Source: Candidatus Omnitrophota bacterium
GTDB lineage: Bacteria; Omnitrophota; Gorgyraeia; Gygaellales; Profunditerraquicolaceae
DNA length: 54,562 nt
Assembly (NCBI GenBank): GCA_023247825.1
Contig: JAHFFR010000004.1
Location: forward strand, 1-54,562
Direction: 5' to 3'
The position numbers and the translations under genes were made by a program. This document shows, in pieces, positions 17,287 through 27,013 of the stretch (its first letter is position 1; each line of letters opens with the position of its first letter). Under the pieces are notes generated by a model, which saw only the letters and a list, made by a program, of their open reading frames with translations, was not told the DNA's origin and did no database searches.

Positions 17287-20200
17287 CTACCCGCTGATGC
17301 CTACGGCTTCAAGGGCTATTTCGTATTTTTCCTGCAATTGGGCTACTTCCTCAATCGCCTTTATCGATGGAATCACGGATATCTGCCCACTTAAATCAAG
17401 AAGTTGATTATATTTATTTTTATCGGCAATCTGCATAGTTTGTTGTTCGATAAAATCATTATATCTTTCCACCACCGTGGATTCCTTCTGAAAAATACGC
17501 GCAGTTGCTTTAGCAAAAACAATGGACATTGGATTAATTTTGGCTTCTCCATTCTTTATGGTTTCTTCAGTTACATTTGGCGCATCTACGGTCACTGCTC
17601 TTAAACCGGGGTTTAACCCAACCGCTTTAGATACCTCATCTTGCAGTTCTATCTTAGAAGTTATTATCATAATCCGGTCAAAACCAATCCCGTATCCGGT
17701 GTTTAATTTCTCCAACGCGGCATCAACTCCTATTATGATAATATCTGCCAAGTTCCCAAGGCGTATAATTTTGTCCAATTCAGATTTATCTTTTGCGTAC
17801 ACTGCGATTTTAAATTCAGGATTTACCCCTTTCCATTCTTTAAGCGCAGCAATGCTTCCTGCATTTTCAATAATTACACCTGCTTTTATAAGCAAGGCGC
17901 CTTTACCGCCTTCATCTTTATCTTTTAAATCTTTTACTGCTCCCACCACATCAGCATAACCTGTCCCGAAGTTATTATGGGACTTAGTATCCGCATAAAA
18001 AACTTTGTTAAATGCATAAACATTTTGTATTGTATTTGTTGGATTTTCAGTTAAATAAAGGGTTACGCCATATTCTGCAGCGGCAGTTTTAGTTACCGGG
18101 ATAGTTACAGCAGCTAAAGATTTATCCACGTCTTTATCGGTAATCAGTTCCGCGTTTATATTATCCCATTCTGTGCCTCTTTTTGCCTCAGCTAACTCCC
18201 TTTTTGCTTCCCTATCTAAAAGCAGAAAACTAACTCCTCTTTCTTTAGCGAGATAATAATCGTAAGCGAAAATATTATTGGGGCTATTAATAACCATTCC
18301 CAAAGGAAGGCCCGTTATCCCCAATTCATTCAGAAGAGAACGCGTATCATCGATTTCAGATGGCTCGCGTACCTTGGATAAAGCAAGCGCGATATTATCA
18401 AAGCCTTCATCTCTCAATTCCTTAATCGCCTCTAACTCCCACAGAAAGATATTCTTATCGGGATTAAGCACCTTTTTCATTCCGCGATTGCCTAAATCAG
18501 GGTTTGGCTCTTTGGGTAATTCGTATCTTTCTCCGCCTAATTTAAGCTTAAGATAATCACCGGGTTCTTTAGAGGTTTCAATAATAAACTTCTCGCCTCT
18601 GGCTCTTGCTTCTGAAGCCTGCTGCCTCCAGTATTTCTTTAAAGATGCAACATAGAATTTTTTTCCTGCGTCAACTTGGCTGATATCTGCGCCTACACCC
18701 TCCAAATAACCCTCAACTGTTTTTCTTAAGGCAATACTCGATAGATTGTATTCCGCATCTTTTATTTCCTTGTTAATCCCCTGGATTTTAGTTGCTATCG
18801 CATCCAGTCCCTTTTCTATCTCTTCGCCATCCGTCTTTGATTGTTCCTTAAGCTGGTCAAATTCTGCTTTATATTGTTTATTTTGTGCCTTTAACTTGGC
18901 AATCTTTTCATAAAGGCTATTTTCTGAATCAGTAACAAACAAATCGCCTTTTGATCCCTTATCATATTCAGCAAAAAGCTGATAATGAAACGGGAGCTGT
19001 AAATGAAACGCCGAAATTGAACCCTTAGCAAAAGCTGTCTTAATATCCGGCTTGGCACCGGGATTTATTTGCTTGTATATCTCAAAGTCCCTGTTATCCA
19101 GAACCAATTTCAGGAAAGGAAGCATATCCACCAGATTTTTAGGCAGCCCCTCCTGTTTAGATTTATCGGCTATCAATTCATACAGGCTATTAACCAATGC
19201 TTCCTTATTCTCCGGCTCATTTAGTAATCCTGATTCATCGTGGCCAAGAAGATGGTTGAGCAACGTATAAAGATCATTGGTAGTCCTGTCTATGCTCGGG
19301 ATAGTAATAGAAGCAGAATCATACCCCAACAGATAAAGCACCAACGCTCCGGCTGGGTCAACTGCCGGCCAGTTACCGCAAAAACCAATAGTAAATGGCT
19401 TAAGCCCTTTGGGAATTCTTACTTCCTGGTTATACCTTTTAATCGTATTAACCAAACTAATCAGGGCGCGTATACTCTGGATGCTGCGTTCGCTGATGCT
19501 ATTAAAATATACCGCGGCATTTTGTCTATCTACTTCAAAGTTAAACTGGGTCAAATCATTGGAACCAACCGAACCAAAATCTATACCTGCCTCCAAAAGA
19601 TCCCATAATTCCACGGATTGAGGTGTTTCAATCATACTTCCACGCAGGATACGGTCTGAGGTCAAACCGGACTCATCGCAAATTTTATTCATTTGCTCTA
19701 CATGTCCAGCATCATAAACCATCGGCGCAAAAATCCCTATCCTGAATTTTCCCGGTCCAATAGGATTACCGTTTTCATCGCGGCGCGCCCCTAAATCCAC
19801 TACTTTTTTTATTGCCTTCAACTGCATACGTGTGACTTTAGGATTATCCACAAAGCTGTTAATTCCCCGATAGCCAGCCATCGAGTTTCTGCTTTTCTTT
19901 TTCGCGGAACCGGGAATCTTATCATATTCATCATCTTTAAGGTCATCTAAACGGAACAAGAATACTCCGTAAAAATGCCGCCTGATCATATCAGTAACTT
20001 TAATATCTTTTTTAGAAACTTTATCTTTATAAGATTTAATTAGCTCTTCTGTCTTCTTAAGAAGCTCGTTGGTGGATAGGGCGCCTTCTGCCTCATCAAA
20101 TGTCTGTTTATACGCATCGGCAATATCCAACAAGTTCTTTCTTAATTCGACATCCTGAATACTCTGTGCCAATTCAAGTATCTCTAACGGCTCTACTACC

Positions 20201-23200
20201 AAAGAGTTAACCACCGACTTAATACCTCCGGACATCAGGTTAACATACCTCTCTTCTCCCAATAAATACCCTTTAGTCATTTCATCGAATATTTTGATTA
20301 ACTTAAGGTCCGCGGGATTCTGCGTATCATAACGCGGATTCTGCGCATCTTCTATATAAGCCTTATAAAATTCAAGCCCGGTTCCATAAACACGCTCTTT
20401 ACCATCAATAAATACGCTGATAGTATTACCTTTATTTATATTGGGCTTAAGATACTCAGTGTCGCCTTTATACTTGAGCATTTTGTTTAAGAGCATCTTT
20501 TCAGCAAGGCTCGCCTGGCCCTTATCCAATTTTTCTATCAAAGTGTATATTTTATAAGCGTCATACCTTAGCAGGCCTTCTCCGGCGGCTCCGATTAAAT
20601 CGGCAAGGAATAATTCAAGCCGGCCTAAACCCACTCTATAAAAATCAGGCTTGTTGCGGAAAGCCCTTGCCTTATGGGCAAGCTGCGTGGAATTAATATT
20701 CAAGCCTATATAAAAATCTGAAGGCAATATACCTAAATCCTTAACATTATAACTTCTACCGGCATCAACCAAATCATAATCCCAGCCGTCTAAAATAAGC
20801 CCTGCTTCGGCATCAACGGTAACCTTACGGCCGTCCCATAATTTATCGAGATTGCCTATGCCGCTTATAGCAATAAGGCCGTATTCGGTAGCTACAATCA
20901 TGGTATGAGAATTTCTCCCGCCAACTGCCGCGATTACTGCCAAAGCCTCTTTCATAATTTCGTTCATGTCGGGATCGCTCTGCATAGTCGCCATGATCCT
21001 GCCTACTGTTTTACCCCAAGTTTCCGGATGCTCCTTATCCACAATATATATTCTTCCCTTTACAGCTCCTTGGGTATGCGCCTGAGGATTCTCATATAAA
21101 ACCTTTCCTCCTGCTCTTGCCTTCTTTATTGAATCTTCTGTTACCTGCTTATAATTTAACTCAATGATATTGGGATCCATAAAATTGAACTTGGTTTCCG
21201 GCCTAATCTGGGTCATAAACTGAATATATTGATAACGCGGCTTGCCTAAATGATCCTTGGCAATACCGTCAGGTTCAGAAAGATCTTCAACAAAGACTGG
21301 ATTCCCAAGCTTATCTCTTCTTATAATTAATCCTCCCTCCATGTCGCTAAACATACCGAAAGAATTGCTTAAGGTGGTAAGAGCGCGGCCGATATTAGTA
21401 AGTAAAAGTCTATCACTTACCGCGGGGGTACCTTTTAATTCAGAGGGAAAAGGTAAAATAAAGACCCCTTTATCCATTTCGCCGCTTTTTAGCTTTTCTT
21501 TTAAAGTATTTATATCAAACATTATCCCTGGAACATGCCAAGTGCTGCTGCCTTCTTCAGGGGCTTTATAACGCCTATGAGGTTTACTGCCTTGAAGCTC
21601 CACATAAAATAAATCTCCGGTGCCGTTGCCGGAAACAAGGGGATTCGTTTGTCCTTTTATTATTTCTCCTTCAATTTCCGCATATCCTGATGCCCGATTT
21701 ACTGAAAACGCCACAAATCCGAATTCGGTCAAAGCCATCTGCTGGAATAACGAGCTCATAGCCGCTTTTTCCGTAAATATGGGAATTTTCATTTCCAGCC
21801 TATACTCTATGGAACGCTCATTGAATAAAGACCTCTGATTAGCCAGCCATTCTTTGATAAAAATCTCATACATATCATCATTTAATTCCTGCTCTCCCAC
21901 TTCCTGACGTAATCTGTTCAGGATATCATACCAGGGAAAAACTTCCTTACTTAACTGTTCCCAAGTATATCCGAATCTTTCAGGAGTTGTATCAATCTTC
22001 TTAAATAGTTCCCTTAAATACGACACGAACAAAGACGTATCCTGCCTTCCGGCAAAAGAAGCTGTTTCGCTGTCTTCGCCTACCGCGGAACTTCGTATAG
22101 CCAACATCAACTGGTATATGGGTACGCCTAAACTCTTTGCCAATATATCCAAGTTGTCTCTTATCTCTTTGGCTAATTGCGGAGGGATCTCGGCTTTTCC
22201 CCAATCCAGGCTATCCTGAAAGTTAGCCGCGATTCTTGCAACCAAATCCTTTTTTTCCTGGACATATCGGCTTTTACGCGCGTCAAAAGCATCCTGTTTA
22301 CCTTGAAGATACTTTATATCTTCGTTATATTCTTTTTCCATCTTAGCTAAAGTATTCACAAGCTCTTTATCATATTCGGTAAATTTGCCCTTTAAATTAT
22401 TGTATTCTACCAGATCCATAAAACAGCGCCCGGCAGTAGCAAACATCTGCATAGTGATCGCACCAGGCAACCACTGCATCATGCCCGTATAAGCGGTCTT
22501 TCCGCCGAATAATGAGGTATCACGGTCACTGACAATATAATCCGGAATTATATTACGCCCCTGTATCAAACTCGCATCGGCTAAATGTTCTCCGCTTAAC
22601 CTGAAAACAGGCGGTTTCTTTTTATCTTTTGCATCTATTTCCATTACTACTTCCGAAACATGACTTTCAAGAATCTTTCTTAAATCCTTTTCCGCTTCCA
22701 AAGCAGTTACCTTAGCCCAATAGCCAAGCTTCTTGCCATCCCCAATCTCTGCCTTTTCTAATAATTCAGCTGCCTTACGACCGTCAAGTCCGCGATTCCG
22801 TTCCATAACATCGATTAAAAAATACTGCCTCTCTGCCGCGGTCAGCTTCCGCGCTCCTTCAGTGCGCGATAAACGGTTAACCTCTTTTATAAGATTAAAA
22901 ATATATATCGCGTCCTCCAAACGGTTTTTACCCGTAAGGCTTACCTGGGCAATCCTATTCATTATTTTCTCTGCTTCTTCCTGAGAGATATTCTTATCAC
23001 TTAATTGAATCGCCGCTGCAGCAAAAAGCCCCATGCCAACGCGTTTCTGTCCACCCTGCATAAGATAATCTAAGAAATCTTTCTCTATTTTTATGGTTCT
23101 TGTAGCTTTATCCGCGCTAAAATGCTTGTCGCCTAAAGTACCGGAAGGGACTAATAGAACTTTTGAGTTGGCAATAACATCACTTATCCATTTAAATTCT

Positions 23201-23751
23201 CCGTTAAGGCTATAAAGTTTAAAAAAATTATACGTTAAAGGGATAACTTTAGCGTAACGGTTAAGAACAACATTATCATAGGGGACATCTTCATTGGTAG
23301 GATAAGTAATCCTCCCGGAAATAAGCAAGTCGCCATTCTTCGTAACAGGCGCCCCTTCAACCTTACGCGCCCAGATATATTGCCCGGGATTTTCTTCATC
23401 TTCAATAAGGCCAACCTGGTCTCTTATCAAAAGTTTCTCTAACGCTTCTTTATTTATAGAAGTTACATCATAGCCGCCTTTTTTCTTATCATAATTATAG
23501 ACCTTAACAATATTTACTTTGGGCATAGTAGCAATAACCTGCCTTGCCCGATCATGTAAATCTATGTGAAAAACATCAAATATACTTTTCTCTTTAGGAT
23601 CCACGTTTTTAAAAGCCGCCGAACCCCTAAGTTTATCATTACTGGCATAAACCCCTCTAATAGGCAGACTGGTAAAAACAAAGCTTCCCAAAACAACGCT
23701 TATAATTAACTTTGAGAACCTTGCCTTTTTCGCGAGCGATTTAATAAACAT
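17287..23751 (-). CDS. ppsA: Signal-peptide-bearing PEP synthase (pyruvate,water dikinase) fusion with an unknown N-terminal domain, a degenerate second PEP-binding barrel and the shared C-terminal domain (2,154 aa)
   Basis: GGK, RSSAVGEDSETASFAGRQDT, QIRPET, phospho-His GGRNSHTMIVATEYG, GLGRLE, NSMAGYRG, MIETP, GSNDLTQ, catalytic-type Cys in GFCG (core ~19290-22560); signal peptide; SD GGAGGG. Confidence 0.9.
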   Translation of the reverse strand: MFIKSLAKKARFSKLIISVVLGSFVFTSLPIRGVYASNDKLRGSAAFKNVDPKEKSIFDVFHIDLHDRARQVIATMPKVNIVKVYNYDKKKGGYDVTSINKEALEKLLIRDQVGLIEDEENPGQYIWARKVEGAPVTKNGDLLISGRITYPTNEDVPYDNVVLNRYAKVIPLTYNFFKLYSLNGEFKWISDVIANSKVLLVPSGTLGDKHFSADKATRTIKIEKDFLDYLMQGGQKRVGMGLFAAAAIQLSDKNISQEEAEKIMNRIAQVSLTGKNRLEDAIYIFNLIKEVNRLSRTEGARKLTAAERQYFLIDVMERNRGLDGRKAAELLEKAEIGDGKKLGYWAKVTALEAEKDLRKILESHVSEVVMEIDAKDKKKPPVFRLSGEHLADASLIQGRNIIPDYIVSDRDTSLFGGKTAYTGMMQWLPGAITMQMFATAGRCFMDLVEYNNLKGKFTEYDKELVNTLAKMEKEYNEDIKYLQGKQDAFDARKSRYVQEKKDLVARIAANFQDSLDWGKAEIPPQLAKEIRDNLDILAKSLGVPIYQLMLAIRSSAVGEDSETASFAGRQDTSLFVSYLRELFKKIDTTPERFGYTWEQLSKEVFPWYDILNRLRQEVGEQELNDDMYEIFIKEWLANQRSLFNERSIEYRLEMKIPIFTEKAAMSSLFQQMALTEFGFVAFSVNRASGYAEIEGEIIKGQTNPLVSGNGTGDLFYVELQGSKPHRRYKAPEEGSSTWHVPGIMFDINTLKEKLKSGEMDKGVFILPFPSELKGTPAVSDRLLLTNIGRALTTLSNSFGMFSDMEGGLIIRRDKLGNPVFVEDLSEPDGIAKDHLGKPRYQYIQFMTQIRPETKFNFMDPNIIELNYKQVTEDSIKKARAGGKVLYENPQAHTQGAVKGRIYIVDKEHPETWGKTVGRIMATMQSDPDMNEIMKEALAVIAAVGGRNSHTMIVATEYGLIAISGIGNLDKLWDGRKVTVDAEAGLILDGWDYDLVDAGRSYNVKDLGILPSDFYIGLNINSTQLAHKARAFRNKPDFYRVGLGRLELFLADLIGAAGEGLLRYDAYKIYTLIEKLDKGQASLAEKMLLNKMLKYKGDTEYLKPNINKGNTISVFIDGKERVYGTGLEFYKAYIEDAQNPRYDTQNPADLKLIKIFDEMTKGYLLGEERYVNLMSGGIKSVVNSLVVEPLEILELAQSIQDVELRKNLLDIADAYKQTFDEAEGALSTNELLKKTEELIKSYKDKVSKKDIKVTDMIRRHFYGVFLFRLDDLKDDEYDKIPGSAKKKSRNSMAGYRGINSFVDNPKVTRMQLKAIKKVVDLGARRDENGNPIGPGKFRIGIFAPMVYDAGHVEQMNKICDESGLTSDRILRGSMIETPQSVELWDLLEAGIDFGSVGSNDLTQFNFEVDRQNAAVYFNSISERSIQSIRALISLVNTIKRYNQEVRIPKGLKPFTIGFCGNWPAVDPAGALVLYLLGYDSASITIPSIDRTTNDLYTLLNHLLGHDESGLLNEPENKEALVNSLYELIADKSKQEGLPKNLVDMLPFLKLVLDNRDFEIYKQINPGAKPDIKTAFAKGSISAFHLQLPFHYQLFAEYDKGSKGDLFVTDSENSLYEKIAKLKAQNKQYKAEFDQLKEQSKTDGEEIEKGLDAIATKIQGINKEIKDAEYNLSSIALRKTVEGYLEGVGADISQVDAGKKFYVASLKKYWRQQASEARARGEKFIIETSKEPGDYLKLKLGGERYELPKEPNPDLGNRGMKKVLNPDKNIFLWELEAIKELRDEGFDNIALALSKVREPSEIDDTRSLLNELGITGLPLGMVINSPNNIFAYDYYLAKERGVSFLLLDREAKRELAEAKRGTEWDNINAELITDKDVDKSLAAVTIPVTKTAAAEYGVTLYLTENPTNTIQNVYAFNKVFYADTKSHNNFGTGYADVVGAVKDLKDKDEGGKGALLIKAGVIIENAGSIAALKEWKGVNPEFKIAVYAKDKSELDKIIRLGNLADIIIIGVDAALEKLNTGYGIGFDRIMIITSKIELQDEVSKAVGLNPGLRAVTVDAPNVTEETIKNGEAKINPMSIVFAKATARIFQKESTVVERYNDFIEQQTMQIADKNKYNQLLDLSGQISVIPSIKAIEEVAQLQEKYEIALEAVGISG

Positions 23752-23860
23752 TTTCCCTCCGTATTAGTTTGAATGTAGTTTTTTGCTGATTTAGATTTAT
23801 TAAATTATGAAGGCATTTTTTGTTCTTATTATGCGCCATATTGATTTTATTCTTTGTACC

Positions 23861-23899
23861 GGGGCCGGATTTATTTCTCGCGAAAATAAACCCGGCCCC
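23861..23899. other. Long intergenic inverted repeat (GGGGCCGG-ATTTATTT...AAAATAAA-C-CCGGCCCC); no U-tract, so a stabilising/processing hairpin or atypical terminator
   Basis: Read directly from the sequence, between the FBP aldolase/phosphatase fusion and the ppsA fusion. Confidence 0.6.
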
Positions 23900-23920
23900 A
23901 TGCTTAAAAAGATAAACTAA

Positions 23921-26900
23921 TTAAATTGCAATACCAGCTGTTGTAATTTCAGTTTTGTATCTGTTAACGGAAGCTTCAACTTCAGTTACGGATTGACCTG
24001 CTCCTACATGGAAATTACCAGTTGTCGTGTCCTTAGAGAAAAGCCCATCCAACTTATTCACATCTTCATTGGATACTTCTTTACCCTCTTCAGCCGCAGG
24101 AATAAGTTCTAAACCCAGCTTTAAAGCTTTGGCCACTGATATTGCATCCGACGTCCCGGCATCTTTAGCCGAGTCAATGGCTATGCGCGTTACCATTTTA
24201 CCTTCAAACTGATTAACATACTCCTCGGGACCAATTACCTGATAAATAGCCGTATTAAGTTTTTCTCTAACTTGATTGGCTATTATCTCCGGATTGGTTC
24301 CCACCACAACTGCCGCAAACATATCTCGTTTTATTTCAGCGTAACCTCCATTTATCTTATTTATCTTCTCTAAATCCGCAGCCACTGCCTGCTCTACTTC
24401 TTCCGGCTTTATATCATCGCGATTAATATGCAGGACTATTTTTATATTTCCCTGCCCAAGCTGCTCGGAGATATTCTGCAAAGCCATAATACCAGCAGGG
24501 CTATTTTTAAGCAAAGTTTCATGATCCACGAGAATAGTATAAACTTTACCGTCTTTAGCTTTGTTTATTTCTAACCCCTTAGCTGATATCCCGAAATTGA
24601 TATCTGCAGGAAACGACTTTGCAATAGGCGCTAAATCCTTACCCCAAGTTAACTCTTGAGCCACCGCAAGCATTGCCCTTCCTTTATTCGCCGTAACCTT
24701 TTTTCCAATTTCAATAAATTCAGCATCTACAGCTTTTTGCTTCGCAATTTCTATATTATCTTCACTTACATAATTTTCCCATCGATCTTTAAGTCTTTTT
24801 TCAATTATTTCTGGGCCCTTTTGATACTCTATTTCAGTTGCTGGCAATCTCAATCCTCCCTCACCAAACCCTTCTTCCAGCTGTCTTAAAGCTGCTGCAG
24901 CTCGCCGATCTTGAATATACCTGATTGCGGGATTAGCGGCCATTAAATCATAAAAACCCTCTAATCTTCCATTATTCAAATTAAAACTCCACATTGACAG
25001 AAGAGGAGGCCCATCATAAATACCAATCTTTGCATCAGTTAATGCTACTGGAAAGAAAGGGCCTTTATTAGAACCCCTCATCCAGCCAGGAACCATATAT
25101 TCTCCCTTTAAAAATGCAGAAGTAATTTCTCCTACAGCAGGAAATTTTTTCTGCGACCTCATCATAAACATTGGATCATCTTTTCCTACATATTCTCCGG
25201 CTATTTTACCTAAACGCTGAGCTGTAACCGCAGCCATTTCTTCTTCGCCTACTTTGATAAGATCATAGGTGTACCTATCCGGTTCCCCACCAAACCAATA
25301 AGCATCAGCATAATCGTTGTTTTTTAACCAAATATGCCTGCCAGCACTATTGTTATGATCAAAATCCAGCATACCAGCATTTATATCTACTGAATTTCCG
25401 GGACCCAGCGGACGCCAGGTAGTATCTGGGCCAAAAATAATATTCCAGATACCTTTATTAAACGCGCCCGGAGCGGTTTTATCTGCTTGAGTAAAAATCA
25501 CCACTTCGGCTGCTTGTTCTCTTATCACCATTTCCGCAACACTGGGACCGGCGCCTTTTACATTACCTGAAAACGCATCCGCTAAAAGATCCTGGCCGGC
25601 TCCATAAAAACCATGGTCCTTAGCGACAACTGCTCCCTGCACAAAACCATCCCAGATATTTTGGTGAATATATTCATTATCTTTACCCTTATCATGAGTA
25701 ATTGTTACCGATATATCATCTCCAACTCTAGTGATAAAGAAGTCCACTATCTCGCCTCTTTCCGCGGCTTTCATCCATTTTTCCGCGACAGCCTCAAGCA
25801 TAATCCCAGGCGCGGTTCCATGCCCGCCAGAAGAACCTACATCCGCTTTAGCAATAGTTATAGTAAGCAGCTGCCCTTTCGGCACTCCCGGATGAATTTT
25901 ACTGGAACCTTTAATAGCAAAAGTATCTTTTTTACCCAAGTCGTTGATAAGACGGAATTTCTCTATTTTCACTTTATCGTTACTTGCGATAACAGAGCCT
26001 TCCTCGGTAACTTCAGTTATAACATTATTGAAGTTTTTATTAATCTTATCGTTTATCTTGCTAAGCTTAGCAGATACGTCTTTAGCTACGTCAACATGCT
26101 TGCCCCGCGCCATATCCATAAACTCATGCAGCATCATCTCCTGATACAAGGCGACACCCTCATCACCCTCTTCTTCAAAACTATTTATTCTAGCTAAAGA
26201 AGAATAAATAGTCCTTGCCCCACCCTCGATATTTTTGCTTCCCTCATAGGCAAAGGTGCCGACGTGCGCGATCAATGTTCTATGTTCGCTGGATAAAATA
26301 TCGCCTACACTAGAAAGAGAAGGATCTAACCCTTTTTCGCCAAAAAGAAATGTAACAAATCTTGTATCATTAACTATGGCTTTTCTTGCTTCTTTAGTTC
26401 TTTCGCTAGCATCTTTAATTGCCGCAATAGCTTTAATCTTCTTTAGGAAAGCTGTCGCGGTTTTTTTAGCTGATTTTCCCTCTATAGCTTTCTGGACTCC
26501 GTTTTCATCGATTTTAGATATTTCAGACACTACTTTATTAATAAAATCATCGGTAAAAACTTTATTATCCAAAAAGCTGCGGGCAGAAAAAAGCTTCTGG
26601 CTTATCTCGCCTTTCAGAATATCAATCTCTCCGCTTTTTTGAATAAATTCAGATGCGCTCTTATCCAAATCATTTACAGCATTATGCCCGAATATCTCTA
26701 CTGCCCTGCCTTCAACAAAAGCTTTTGCTGCCTTTACTTTAAAGATTTTATCATGCGCCAAAACCTTTCCCGGCTCACTTAAAAATCCGGAGCTAAACAT
26801 GCTTGCTAAATCACCATCTCGAGCAGTTGCGCTTTGTGTTCTTAAAGTATCGGTGTTATTTACCGAATCGACTTTAGTTGAAGCAAAACCCGCGGTTATC

Positions 26901-26980
26901 CCGCTAAACGCTACTATTCCTACTATTGTGAAACAAATCAGTGCTAAAACCATTCTGCCGCTTAAAAATTTCTTTAACAT
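23921..26980 (-). CDS. fbp: Signal-peptide-bearing bifunctional fructose-1,6-bisphosphate aldolase/phosphatase (FBPase class V) fusion with extra N- and C-terminal domains (1,019 aa)
   Basis: KADVGSSGGH, VGDD, YGAGQDLLADAFSGNVKGAGP, ADKTAPGAFN, EYVGKDDP (Tyr and Schiff-base Lys), GWMRGS, DGPP (core ~24780-25870); SD CAGGAGG. Confidence 0.93.
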   Translation of the reverse strand: MLKKFLSGRMVLALICFTIVGIVAFSGITAGFASTKVDSVNNTDTLRTQSATARDGDLASMFSSGFLSEPGKVLAHDKIFKVKAAKAFVEGRAVEIFGHNAVNDLDKSASEFIQKSGEIDILKGEISQKLFSARSFLDNKVFTDDFINKVVSEISKIDENGVQKAIEGKSAKKTATAFLKKIKAIAAIKDASERTKEARKAIVNDTRFVTFLFGEKGLDPSLSSVGDILSSEHRTLIAHVGTFAYEGSKNIEGGARTIYSSLARINSFEEEGDEGVALYQEMMLHEFMDMARGKHVDVAKDVSAKLSKINDKINKNFNNVITEVTEEGSVIASNDKVKIEKFRLINDLGKKDTFAIKGSSKIHPGVPKGQLLTITIAKADVGSSGGHGTAPGIMLEAVAEKWMKAAERGEIVDFFITRVGDDISVTITHDKGKDNEYIHQNIWDGFVQGAVVAKDHGFYGAGQDLLADAFSGNVKGAGPSVAEMVIREQAAEVVIFTQADKTAPGAFNKGIWNIIFGPDTTWRPLGPGNSVDINAGMLDFDHNNSAGRHIWLKNNDYADAYWFGGEPDRYTYDLIKVGEEEMAAVTAQRLGKIAGEYVGKDDPMFMMRSQKKFPAVGEITSAFLKGEYMVPGWMRGSNKGPFFPVALTDAKIGIYDGPPLLSMWSFNLNNGRLEGFYDLMAANPAIRYIQDRRAAAALRQLEEGFGEGGLRLPATEIEYQKGPEIIEKRLKDRWENYVSEDNIEIAKQKAVDAEFIEIGKKVTANKGRAMLAVAQELTWGKDLAPIAKSFPADINFGISAKGLEINKAKDGKVYTILVDHETLLKNSPAGIMALQNISEQLGQGNIKIVLHINRDDIKPEEVEQAVAADLEKINKINGGYAEIKRDMFAAVVVGTNPEIIANQVREKLNTAIYQVIGPEEYVNQFEGKMVTRIAIDSAKDAGTSDAISVAKALKLGLELIPAAEEGKEVSNEDVNKLDGLFSKDTTTGNFHVGAGQSVTEVEASVNRYKTEITTAGIAI

Positions 26981-27013
26981 CTCATTCCTCCTGTTTTATT
27001 AATTTCCATTTTT

